From an uncultured Actinomycetota bacterium (GTDB lineage: Bacteria; Actinomycetota; Actinomycetes; JAHEKZ01), in contig CAVQYR010000001.1 of assembly GCA_963718235.1 (NCBI GenBank), forward strand, positions 2,201,289 through 2,265,288: a stretch of DNA of 64,000 bases, given 5' to 3'. Positions 42,582 to 51,844 of the stretch are shown one piece after another (within the stretch, counting starts at the first letter, position 1; each line of letters begins with the position of its first letter). Under the pieces are notes generated by a model. That model was given only the letters and a program-made list of their open reading frames with translations. It was not told the DNA's origin and searched no databases. Both the position numbers and the translations under genes were made by a program.

Positions 42582-45071
42582 TCACTCACCGCCGCGAAGA
42601 CCCGCCAGAACCTCGGCCAGGTCGTCCGGCTTGACGAGCACGTCGCGGGCCTTCGACCCCTCCGACGGACCCACGATCCCCCGGCTCTCCATGAGGTCCA
42701 TCAGACGCCCGGCCTTGGCGAACCCGACCCGAAGCTTGCGCTGCAGCATCGACGTCGAGCCGAACTGCGTGCTCACGACGAGCTCGACGGCCTGCACCAG
42801 CAGGTCGAGGTCGTCCCCGATGTCCTCATCGATCTCCTTGCGCTGGGCTGGTGCCGCGACGTCCTCTCGGTAGCTGGGCTGAAGCTGGGTCTTGCAGTGC
42901 TCGACGATCGCGTGGATCTCCGTCTCGGAGACGAAGGCGCCCTGGATCCGCATCGGCTTGCTCGCTCCCATCGGCAGGAACAGGCCGTCGCCCTGACCGA
43001 CGAGCTTCTCGGCCCCGGGCTGGTCCAGGATCACCCGGCTGTCGGCCAGGGACGAGGTCGCGAACGCCAAGCGGCTCGGCACGTTGGCCTTGATCAGTCC
43101 GGTGACGACGTCGACACTCGGGCGCTGCGTGGCCAGGACCAGGTGGATCCCCGCAGCCCGAGCCAGCTGGGTGATCCGCACGATCGCGTCCTCGACGTCA
43201 CGCGGAGCCACCATCATCAGGTCGGCGAGCTCGTCGACGATGACCAGCAGGTACGGATACGGCTGGAGGACCCGCTCGCTGCCCGCCGGGGGCTGGACCT
43301 TCTTGGCGCGTACCGCCTTGTTGAAGTCGTCGACGTGCCGGAACCCGTAGGCCGCCAGGTCGTCGTAGCGCAGCTCCATCTCGCGCACGACCCACTGCAG
43401 CGCCTCCGCCGCCTTCTTCGGGCTGGTGATGATCGGCGTGATGAGGTGCGGGATCCCCTCGTAGGAGTTGAGCTCCACGCGCTTGGGGTCGACGAGGACC
43501 ATCCGCACCTCGTCGGGAGTCGAGCGCATCAGGACCGACGTGATCAGCGCATTGATGCAGCTGGACTTGCCCGCGCCGGTCGCACCGGCGACGAGGACGT
43601 GCGGCATCTTCGCCAGGTTCGCGCACACGAACCCGCCCTCGACGTCCTTGCCGAGTCCGACGAGCATCGGGTGGTGGTCGTTGCGGGCGACCGACGACCG
43701 CATGACGTCGCCGAGGCTGACGACCTCGCGGTCGGTGTTCGGGATCTCGATCCCGATGGCGGACTTGCCGGGGATCGGGGACAGGATCCGCACGTCGGCG
43801 CTGGCCACGGCGTACGCGATGTTCTTGCTCAGTGCGGTGACCCGCTCGACCTTGACCGCCGGCCCGAGCTCGACCTCGTAGCGGGTCACGGTCGGGCCAC
43901 GGCTGAACCCGGTGACCTGGGCGTCGATCCCGAACTGCTCGAGCACCTCGGTCAGCGCGTCGACGACATGGTCGTTGACCTTGCTGCGGCTCTTGTGCGG
44001 CGAGCCCTCGCGCAACATGCTCGCGTCCGGCAGCACATAGGTCACGTCGCCGGCCAGCGACAGCTGCTCGGCCCGGACGGGAGGATGGGTCGGTTCAGGG
44101 GCTGGGCGCTCCCGGGTCGTCGGGTCCACCGGTACCACCTCGTCGTCGGCAGCGACCGCGATCACCGGGCTGTCGTACGGCGCGTCGGCGCCGCGGTCGA
44201 GGTCGTCGGCATCCGGCTCCTCGGCCATGACGCCGACCCGGCGGCGAGGACGCGACCGCCGCAACGGCTCGGGCGTCTCGGACCCGAGGTCGTCGTCCAC
44301 GGCGGTGGCCCCCGGGCGACGCAGCACGCGGTCACGCAGGGACCGCAGCCGCTCGGGCACCGCGTGCAGCGGGGTCGAGGTGACCACGAGCAGACCGAAC
44401 AGGGTCAGCAGCAGCAGGACCGGCACAGCGACCCAGACGGTGACCCCGGCGACCAACGGGGCCGAGGCGAGGAACCCGAGCCAGCCGCCACCCTCGCGCA
44501 TCGCGGCGGCTCCGTCGGGTGGCTGAGGCGTTCCGGCCAGGATGTGCGCCAGGCCCAGCGCTCCCCCGAGCACCGCGGCCCAGCCGATGACGAGCCGACC
44601 GGCCGGTGAGTGTGAGGGGTGACGCAGGACCCACCAGGCGCAGCCGAGCAGCAACAGGGGAACCAGCCAGGACACCGAGCCCGTCGCGCCGGCGACCACC
44701 GTGCCCGTGACCGAGCCGACCGGTCCCCCCAGGTGCCACCACTCCGTTGCGGCGCTCAGCACGGCCAGTGCCACCAGAAGCAGGCCGAGGCCGTCGCGGC
44801 GGTGCTGCGGGTCGATGTCTCGGGCCCCGCTCCCGACGTGGCGCACGGTGCCACCGAGCACATGGGCGAGCCCGAGCCAGACCGCCCGAGCGGCGCCGGT
44901 CAGTCCACGTCCGAGCGCAGCCAGGGGTCGGCGACCCGAGCCTCGTCGACGGCTCGAGGAGCGCGAGGGGGTGCTGCGGGAGCCGCTGGAGGTTCGGCGG
45001 GAGGACGACGTCCGGCTGCTGCTCGACCGCGAGGTCGGGCGGGAGCCGGCCCGTGGGGAAGCCTGGGCCAT
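42582..45071 (-). CDS. ftsK: DNA translocase FtsK
   Basis: 4-TM N-terminus, PHVLVAGATGAGKS, DELADLM, LATQRPS and gamma domain STSMLQRKLRVGFAKAGR. Confidence 0.96.
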   Translation of the reverse strand: MAQASPRAGSRPTSRSSSSRTSSSRRTSSGSRSTPSRSSSRRRGSGRRPLAALGRGLTGAARAVWLGLAHVLGGTVRHVGSGARDIDPQHRRDGLGLLLVALAVLSAATEWWHLGGPVGSVTGTVVAGATGSVSWLVPLLLLGCAWWVLRHPSHSPAGRLVIGWAAVLGGALGLAHILAGTPQPPDGAAAMREGGGWLGFLASAPLVAGVTVWVAVPVLLLLTLFGLLVVTSTPLHAVPERLRSLRDRVLRRPGATAVDDDLGSETPEPLRRSRPRRRVGVMAEEPDADDLDRGADAPYDSPVIAVAADDEVVPVDPTTRERPAPEPTHPPVRAEQLSLAGDVTYVLPDASMLREGSPHKSRSKVNDHVVDALTEVLEQFGIDAQVTGFSRGPTVTRYEVELGPAVKVERVTALSKNIAYAVASADVRILSPIPGKSAIGIEIPNTDREVVSLGDVMRSSVARNDHHPMLVGLGKDVEGGFVCANLAKMPHVLVAGATGAGKSSCINALITSVLMRSTPDEVRMVLVDPKRVELNSYEGIPHLITPIITSPKKAAEALQWVVREMELRYDDLAAYGFRHVDDFNKAVRAKKVQPPAGSERVLQPYPYLLVIVDELADLMMVAPRDVEDAIVRITQLARAAGIHLVLATQRPSVDVVTGLIKANVPSRLAFATSSLADSRVILDQPGAEKLVGQGDGLFLPMGASKPMRIQGAFVSETEIHAIVEHCKTQLQPSYREDVAAPAQRKEIDEDIGDDLDLLVQAVELVVSTQFGSTSMLQRKLRVGFAKAGRLMDLMESRGIVGPSEGSKARDVLVKPDDLAEVLAGLRGGE

Positions 45072-45081
45072 GGGGCGCAGG

Positions 45082-46152
45082 CTACCCGCTGACCCCATCC
45101 GTCCCAGGTGTCTCAGCCACCCCATCCGGTGCGTGTCGCGCCGGGTGGTCGACCAGGTCCCCCAGGCGCAGGCAGGCGGCGTCGTGTCCGGAGGGCCCCT
45201 GTGGCACCGCCACGAGGGCCGGGTCGGTGCTGGCGCACGCGTCGACCGCCACCGGGCACCGGGGGTGGAACCGGCACCCCTGGGGGATGTGGGCGGCGTT
45301 GGGGGTCTCCCCCTGGAGGATCTCCCGCTTCATGCCGGCGCGGGACGGACGGGGCACCACCGACAGCAGGGCGCGGGTGTACGGGTGGCGGGGGTCTTTG
45401 ACCACCTGCTCGGCGGTTCCGATCTCGACGATCCGTCCCAGGTACATGACGGCGATCCGATCGGCGTACCGGGCCGCAGTGCTGAGGTCGTGGGTGATCA
45501 TCAGGATGCCGAGACCCGCGTCACGCAGGTCGTCGAGCAGCTCGAGGATGCCGGCTCGCACCGAGACGTCCAGCATCGACACTGGCTCGTCGGCGATCAG
45601 CAGCTGCGGCTGCAGGGTGAGGGCGGTGGCGATCGCCACCCTCTGCCGCTGGCCCCCGGACAGCTCGTGCGGGAAACGGTCGAGGAACAGGTCGGGTGGC
45701 GTGAGGCCCACCTGCTCCAGGGCCACGCGCACGATCTCCTCCCGCTCGTTGCCTTTCGCGCCGATCCCGTGGATCACCAGCGGTTCGGCGACGATGTCCC
45801 GGACGCGAAAACGTGGGTCGAGCGACTCGTAGGGGTCTTGGTAGATGACCTGCATCTGGCGCCGGAGAGTGGCCAGCTGCCCCGCCTTGAGGTGGGAGAT
45901 GTCATCGCCCTTGAACAAGACGGTGCCGCCCGTGCTCGGGATCAGGTGGAGCAGCGACTGCGCCGTGGTGGTCTTGCCGCTGCCGGACTCACCGACGAGC
46001 GCGAGCAGCTCACCGGACCGCACGGTGAACGACACGCCGTCGACCGCCCTGATCTCGGTGGCCGGCACCTTGCGCAGGGTCGCGAACAGCCCGCGCGGGA
46101 CGACGAAGGTGGTGACCAGGTCGTCGACGGACAGGAGCGGGGTGTCGGTCAT
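45082..46152 (-). CDS. Peptide ABC transporter ATPase (DppF/OppF-like)
   Basis: GESGSGKTT, LSGGQRQR, ADEPVS, HPYT and GCRFHPRC. Confidence 0.92.
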   Translation of the reverse strand: MTDTPLLSVDDLVTTFVVPRGLFATLRKVPATEIRAVDGVSFTVRSGELLALVGESGSGKTTTAQSLLHLIPSTGGTVLFKGDDISHLKAGQLATLRRQMQVIYQDPYESLDPRFRVRDIVAEPLVIHGIGAKGNEREEIVRVALEQVGLTPPDLFLDRFPHELSGGQRQRVAIATALTLQPQLLIADEPVSMLDVSVRAGILELLDDLRDAGLGILMITHDLSTAARYADRIAVMYLGRIVEIGTAEQVVKDPRHPYTRALLSVVPRPSRAGMKREILQGETPNAAHIPQGCRFHPRCPVAVDACASTDPALVAVPQGPSGHDAACLRLGDLVDHPARHAPDGVAETPGTDGVSG

Positions 46153-47147
46153 CGGACCGCCCCCGTCTGCGCCGCCTGGGCGACCCGGTCGCGGTCGTTG
46201 AGGTGGCACCAGGCCTGGTGGCCCGGACCGACCGATGCCTGCCGGGGTGCCTCGACCCGACAGACGTCCATGGTCTGGTCGCACCGGTCGGCATAGGCGC
46301 ACCCCACGATGACCCGGTCGAGCCGAGGAGGCGTTCCAGGGATGGAGATCACCGAGCGGTCCTCGTCGATGTCCGGCATGGCCCCGAAGAGCATCCGGGT
46401 GTAGACGTGGCGAGGGTCGCGGTACAGCGTCGACGTGGGACCGACCTCGACGATCTCGCCGGCGTACATGATCGCCGCCCGCCTGCACGTCTCGGTGACC
46501 ATGGGCAGGTCGTGAGTGACCAGGATCATGGTCAGCCCGAGCTCGTCGGTGAGGTGCTCGAGCAGCTCCAGGATCTGCGCCTGCACCATGACGTCCAAAG
46601 CGGTGGTCGGCTCGTCGGCCAGCAGGATCTTCGGGTCGCAGGCCAGGGCCATGGCCAAGGCGGCCCGCTGGCGCATCCCGCCGGAGAACTCGAACGGGTA
46701 GCGCTCAGCCCGGTCACCGGAGATGCCGACCAGCTCGAGCAGCTCACGCACCCGCGCCATGGCCGCCTTGCCCGTGGCCGTGCCGTGCACCTCCATCGGC
46801 TCGGCGATCTGCCAGCCGATGGTCTTGACCGGGTTGAAGGCGTTCATCGCCCCCTGGAACACCATGGCGATGTCGGTCCAGCGGTACTGCTCGACCGAGG
46901 TCTCCCCGTCGGCCAGGACGTCGACCCCGTTGACGAGCACCCGTCCGCTCACCATCGCGTTGGGGGGCAGCAGACCCATCAGGGCGTAGAGCGTCGTCGA
47001 CTTGCCACAGCCGGACTCTCCGACCAGCCCCATCCGCTCCCCCGCCTCGAGGGTGAACGACACGTCGCGGACGGCGTGAACGGGCTCACCGGTACGCACG
47101 TTGAACGAGACGTTGAGATCCTCGACGGCCAGCAGCGGCGTACTCAC
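46149..47147 (-). CDS. Peptide ABC transporter ATPase (DppD/OppD-like)
   Basis: GESGCGKST, FSGGMRQR and ADEPTTALD. Confidence 0.92.
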   Translation of the reverse strand: MSTPLLAVEDLNVSFNVRTGEPVHAVRDVSFTLEAGERMGLVGESGCGKSTTLYALMGLLPPNAMVSGRVLVNGVDVLADGETSVEQYRWTDIAMVFQGAMNAFNPVKTIGWQIAEPMEVHGTATGKAAMARVRELLELVGISGDRAERYPFEFSGGMRQRAALAMALACDPKILLADEPTTALDVMVQAQILELLEHLTDELGLTMILVTHDLPMVTETCRRAAIMYAGEIVEVGPTSTLYRDPRHVYTRMLFGAMPDIDEDRSVISIPGTPPRLDRVIVGCAYADRCDQTMDVCRVEAPRQASVGPGHQAWCHLNDRDRVAQAAQTGAVR

Positions 47148-48133
47148 TTCTTCACCACGGTGTCCGCACCCGGAGCCTCGTGGGCCGCACGCCTCTGGGG
47201 GACCATCATGAAAGCCCGCCGGGTGAGGTGCGACACTCGCAGGCGCGGGTTGAGCGAGTCCTCGACGGCCGTGCCCATCAGGGTGAGCGACATGATGATC
47301 GCCGCCACCACCGCGCCGGGGATGACGATGGCCCACCACGCCTGGTTGCTGACCGCCCCTCGGGTGGAGGCGTTCTCGATCAGCCGCCCCAGGGACAGCG
47401 CGGACGGGTCGCCCAGGCCGAGGAAGGCAAGCGCCGTCTCGAAGAAGATGGCCACGGCGACCGTGAGGACGATGTTGACGACGATGAGTGGTCCCAGCTG
47501 CGGCAGCACGTGCCGGGTGATCGTCCACCGATGGCTGCCGCCGAGCGCGACGGAGCGCCTGACGTAGACGCGCTCCCGCACGCTCTTGGTCTGGGCCCGG
47601 ATCACCCGAGCGGTCCAGGTCCAGAGCAGGATCGACAGGACGAGGATCATCTTCCACAGGGCCGGCGGCGGGAACAGGGCGATGATGACCAGAACGAGCG
47701 CGATGTCGGGAATGACCAGGAAGAAGTCGACGAGGCGGGCGATGAAGGTGTCCGCCCGTCCACCGAAGTAGCCGGCGACGATGCCGAACAGCACACCGAT
47801 CCCCACCGCGACCAGAGCGACGGCGAAGCCGATGATCAGCGAGACCCGAAGGGCGTGCACCACGAGGGTGAACATGTCGGCGCCGACGTCATCAGTTCCG
47901 AACGGGTGGCTGGCCGAGGGTGGCTCGAACCGCTCTCCCGCCGGCAGCCGAGGGTCACCGGACAGCAGGATCGGGCCGATCACCGCGACGACGACGACCG
48001 TCGCCATCACGAAGAAGCCCACCATGGCCGAGGTGTTGCCGCGGATGGCCTCGGTCACGGCGTGCCAGGGCCGGCGCTTGGGAGTCTCCGAGGCCGCGGC
48101 CTCGGTGTCGGGACTCAGGACGATCTGGGTCAC
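47144..48133 (-). CDS. Peptide ABC transporter permease (DppC-like)
   Basis: HPFGTD, RVSLIIG, EAA-loop region RHVLPQ and FLGLG. Confidence 0.9.
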   Translation of the reverse strand: MTQIVLSPDTEAAASETPKRRPWHAVTEAIRGNTSAMVGFFVMATVVVVAVIGPILLSGDPRLPAGERFEPPSASHPFGTDDVGADMFTLVVHALRVSLIIGFAVALVAVGIGVLFGIVAGYFGGRADTFIARLVDFFLVIPDIALVLVIIALFPPPALWKMILVLSILLWTWTARVIRAQTKSVRERVYVRRSVALGGSHRWTITRHVLPQLGPLIVVNIVLTVAVAIFFETALAFLGLGDPSALSLGRLIENASTRGAVSNQAWWAIVIPGAVVAAIIMSLTLMGTAVEDSLNPRLRVSHLTRRAFMMVPQRRAAHEAPGADTVVKK

Positions 48134-49128
48134 TCGCTGATCCTCGGGTCGAGTCGGAAGTAGACCAGGTCGGCGATCAGGTTGAAGAAGATGACTGACA
48201 GCGCCAGGGTCAGGAAGGCGCCCTGCAGCATGGGGTAGTCGCGCTCGAGCAGCGACTCGTACGTCAGCAGGCCGATCCCCGGCCACGAGAACACCGTCTC
48301 GATCAGGATCGAGCCACCCGCGATGAAACCCAGCGACAGGGCCACCAGGGTCGTGGTCGGCAGCAGGGCGTTGCGCATGGCGTGGTGGAAGAGGATCCGC
48401 TTGCGCGGCAGCCCCTTGGCCTTCGCCGTCATCACGTAGTCCTCCCCCATCGTCTCCAGCAACGACGAACGGACCACCAACGTGTACTCCCCGTACAGGA
48501 TCAGCGCCAGCGTCGCGGCGGGAAGGAGCATGTGGATCAGGTAGTCGAGGATCGACTCACCGGTGGTCTCGGTGTCCAGGAAGCTGCCCCCCGACAAGAA
48601 GTTCCCGTCGGAGCCGTCACCGCCGGACGGCAGCCACCCGAGAGTGATCGAGAAGATGAAGATCAGCATCAGGCCGAGCCACTGCGAGGGCATGGAGTAG
48701 AAGGCCATGGCGACCAGGTTGTTGGCCTTCTCCGACTTGGTGCCGCGCCGCCAGGCCGAGAAGAGCCCACTGAGGATGCCGAAGAAGATCGCCACCAGGG
48801 TTCCGGTCAGCACCAGGGGGAGGGTGTTCAACAGCGCGTCGCGCAGCTCGTTGAGGACGGGCTGCTGGGTCCCCCACGACACCCCGAGGTTGCCCTGGGC
48901 GAGCTCGCGCAGGTAGATCAGGTACTGCTGCCACATCGGCTTGTCCAGCCCGAACTGGGCGGCGATCTCGGCCTTGGCGTCGACGCTGAGCTTGGGACTG
49001 CGGGCCAGGTTGGCGACGGCATCCCCGGGCAGCATGCGGAAAAGGACAAAGTTGAACGTCAGGACGAAGAACAAGGTCAGCACAGCGCCGGCCAGGCGCT
49101 TGATGACCCACTCGACCCGACGCATCAC
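48130..49128 (-). CDS. Peptide ABC transporter permease (DppB-like)
   Basis: FGLDKP, DYVMTAKAKG, HAMRNALLP, ETVFSWPGIG and DPRI. Confidence 0.92.
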   Translation of the reverse strand: MMRRVEWVIKRLAGAVLTLFFVLTFNFVLFRMLPGDAVANLARSPKLSVDAKAEIAAQFGLDKPMWQQYLIYLRELAQGNLGVSWGTQQPVLNELRDALLNTLPLVLTGTLVAIFFGILSGLFSAWRRGTKSEKANNLVAMAFYSMPSQWLGLMLIFIFSITLGWLPSGGDGSDGNFLSGGSFLDTETTGESILDYLIHMLLPAATLALILYGEYTLVVRSSLLETMGEDYVMTAKAKGLPRKRILFHHAMRNALLPTTTLVALSLGFIAGGSILIETVFSWPGIGLLTYESLLERDYPMLQGAFLTLALSVIFFNLIADLVYFRLDPRISE

Positions 49129-49154
49129 ACCTCGTCTCGGACTACGGCTGACCG

Positions 49155-49196
49155 TGCCTTGAGGGACCGACCTGGCCGGTTCGGTCCCTCAAGGCA
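49155..49196. terminator. Strong intra-operon hairpin after the substrate-binding protein gene
   Basis: 16-bp perfect stem TGCCTTGAGGGACCGA / TCGGTCCCTCAAGGCA with a 10-nt loop. Confidence 0.75.
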
Positions 49197-49198
49197 GC

Positions 49199-50890
49199 TC
49201 AGCTGGTCTTCTCGACCTGGGTCATCGCCCGGATCGACAGCGCGTTGTACGGGCCCTGCGGCCCGTCGTCGAAGCCGGACCAGTCGGGGCTGCTCGCGCT
49301 GACCCAGTCGATGTAGGCCACCACGATGTACGGGCGGTCGTTGTAGGCCATCTGCTGCATGGCGTAGACCGTCGCCAACCGCTCCTGCGGGTCGACCTGG
49401 CCGGCCTGCTTGACGTACATCTTGTCGTACGCGGGGTTGCAGTAGCCGGTGTCGCTCCAGCCGCCGTACTGGTCGCAGGTCAGCACCGACAGGATGAAGT
49501 CGGGGTCGATCAGCGGGACCCAGTTCCAGAACGCCAGGTCGAAGTCGAGGTACTGGTAGTCGGGGGCGCCGATCGCATCGAAGGCCGCCGAGCTGTCCAG
49601 CTGCTTCAGCTTCAGCTCGACGCCGATGTCGGTCATCCACCGCTCGAGCAGCTCGAAGATCCGGGTCGTGTCGTCCAGCTCCGGGAAGATGATCTCGTAG
49701 CTCATCTTGTCGCCCGTGCCGGGGACGGTACGGATCCCGTCGGACCCCTTCTTGTAGCCGAGGTCGTCAAGGATCTGGTTCGCCTTGGCGGGGTCGTAGG
49801 GCAGGGGCTGGACGCTCGGGTCCGACCAGGGGGTCTCCGGCGAGCTCGTCACCGGAGGCACGATCGAGGCACCGGGCTGTGCAGTTCCCAACCACACCTT
49901 GTCGATCATCTCCTGGCGGTTGAACCCGTACTCGAAGGCCTCACGCACCTTGGGGTCGAGCAGCTCCCGGTTCTCGGGCTTCTTCGGGTTTGAGTTGAAG
50001 ATGAAGTCGTACCAGAAGACGCTCTCGTTGGCGTCGACGGTGAAGCCGTCCTGCTTCACAGGGTCAACGAAGCTGGCCGGGAGTGACTCGATCAGGTCGA
50101 CCTCACCGCTCTGCAGCGCCGCCACCATGGCGTCGTTGTCCTTGAACTGGGTGAGCCCGTACCCGGCGATCTTGGGCTTGGCGTCGTCCAGCCAGAACGA
50201 GTCGTTGGCCTGAAGGCCGATGAAGGTCTTCTTCTCGTACTTCACGACCTCGAAGGGACCACCGGAGACCATGTCGTCGGGGATCTTCAGGTCAGCGGTC
50301 TTCAGCCCCTTCAGGTCGTCACCGGTCGCGTACTTCTCCCAGACCTGCGGGGGCAGGATCGGCAGCTGCTGCATGTTGCCGAGCACCGGTGCCGTCGGCT
50401 TGGAGTAGGTCAGCTCGACGGTGGTGGGGTCGGGGGCCTCGACGGACTTCAGGTTGGTGATCAGCCCCGAGGTGTTGACCGCACCACCGGACCGGCCGGC
50501 GATCATCGTGTCGAGGGTCCACTTGACGTCCTCGGAGTCCAGCGGCTCGCCGTCGGACCAAACCGCGCCCTCGTGCAGGGTGAACGCCCAGGTCTTGCCC
50601 GCGTTGGTGGTCTCCCAGCTGTCGGCGAGGTAACCCTCGAAGGCGAGCTCCGGGTCGTACTGCACCAGGTAGGGGTAGGTGTTCTCGAAGGTGGCGTAGG
50701 ACAGCTGGCTGAAGGCCACGAAGGGGTTGATCGAGTCGATCGAGCTGTTCGTGCCGATGTCCAGCACGGCGTCGCTGCTTCCGCCCCCACCTCCGCCCCC
50801 ACCGCCGCCGCCACCGCCACCGCCGCAGGCAGCCAGGGCCAGCGCGGCCACCACCCCGGTTGCTGCCCAGGTCATTCTCCGTGTGCGCAC
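49199..50890 (-). CDS. Peptide ABC transporter substrate-binding lipoprotein (family 5)
   Basis: LAAC lipobox, poly-Gly linker, WSDGEPLDSEDV, GPF and DPKVREA. The start is uncertain (50875-50932). Confidence 0.9.
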   Translation of the reverse strand: MRTRRMTWAATGVVAALALAACGGGGGGGGGGGGGGGSSDAVLDIGTNSSIDSINPFVAFSQLSYATFENTYPYLVQYDPELAFEGYLADSWETTNAGKTWAFTLHEGAVWSDGEPLDSEDVKWTLDTMIAGRSGGAVNTSGLITNLKSVEAPDPTTVELTYSKPTAPVLGNMQQLPILPPQVWEKYATGDDLKGLKTADLKIPDDMVSGGPFEVVKYEKKTFIGLQANDSFWLDDAKPKIAGYGLTQFKDNDAMVAALQSGEVDLIESLPASFVDPVKQDGFTVDANESVFWYDFIFNSNPKKPENRELLDPKVREAFEYGFNRQEMIDKVWLGTAQPGASIVPPVTSSPETPWSDPSVQPLPYDPAKANQILDDLGYKKGSDGIRTVPGTGDKMSYEIIFPELDDTTRIFELLERWMTDIGVELKLKQLDSSAAFDAIGAPDYQYLDFDLAFWNWVPLIDPDFILSVLTCDQYGGWSDTGYCNPAYDKMYVKQAGQVDPQERLATVYAMQQMAYNDRPYIVVAYIDWVSASSPDWSGFDDGPQGPYNALSIRAMTQVEKTS

Positions 50891-50992
50891 CGGTGCCCCT
50901 CTCGTGGTCTGAGTCGCTTGCACCTTAGACAACCGATCCCCCGATCGGGGGAATTGTGGCCCGGATGTTACCGCCGCGAAGTTGATCTTCGG

Positions 50993-51835
50993 TCAGCCCC
51001 AGTCGCCCACGGTCGCGGTGGCAACGACCAGCGCGACCAGCCGGAACGCCTGGTAGGCCTCCAGCATCGTGGACGCCGCGACATCCACCCGCAGATGGTC
51101 GACCCGGGTGACGCCGGGAACACGCGCTGCGGCCACGGCCAGGTGGGCCGCGTCGAGGTCGACCTCGATCAGGAACGGGGCCCTCACCCGGGCGGGGGCG
51201 GGGGGCGCGGACAGGCCGCGCGTGGCCGCTTCGCGGATCCGAGTGGCGGCCACGCCGAGTGGCTCGACCTCAGCGGTGTAGCGCGAGATGGCCCGCTTCA
51301 CCTGGGCGGTCGCGGCGCCCGGTGCGTAGCCGTCGGCCTCGCCGCACGTGACATCGTCCCCCGTGACCAGCACCAGGGGCACACCGAACTCCGCGGCGAC
51401 AGCGGCGTTCATCCGGCCCTCGCTCATCACCTCACCACCGAAGCGCACCCCGGTGATCGAGCTGCCGAGGTGGCAGTGCGCCAGGACCCCCGGCTGTCCG
51501 GCGCCGGCGTGGTAGCCCACGAAGGCCAGAGCATCGACCGCTGGTGTCCCGTCGACGGCGAGCAGACCCTCGATCATCCCGAGCGGCTTCTGGCTGCCCC
51601 GGATGTAGCTGACCCGGGGGTCGAGCTCGGGCACGACCAGGTTGCGCATCGTGTAGTGCGCGTCGTTGACGACCACCTGTGACGCCCCGGCGTCGAAGAG
51701 CCCGGCCACTGCGGCATTCACGTCGGCCGTCATGACGTGTCGGAACTCCGCGTAGGACGGGGTGCCGGGTTCGACGTCGTCGGGGTGGACGACCCCGGAC
51801 ACGCCCTCCATGTCGGCGGACACGAGTACCCGCAC
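50993..51835 (-). CDS. M55 family D-aminopeptidase (B. subtilis DppA-like)
   Basis: SADMEGVSG, VNDAH, FVGYH, VLAH and VTGDD. Confidence 0.9.
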   Translation of the reverse strand: MRVLVSADMEGVSGVVHPDDVEPGTPSYAEFRHVMTADVNAAVAGLFDAGASQVVVNDAHYTMRNLVVPELDPRVSYIRGSQKPLGMIEGLLAVDGTPAVDALAFVGYHAGAGQPGVLAHCHLGSSITGVRFGGEVMSEGRMNAAVAAEFGVPLVLVTGDDVTCGEADGYAPGAATAQVKRAISRYTAEVEPLGVAATRIREAATRGLSAPPAPARVRAPFLIEVDLDAAHLAVAAARVPGVTRVDHLRVDVAASTMLEAYQAFRLVALVVATATVGDWG

Positions 51836-51844
51836 GGCGCCTCC

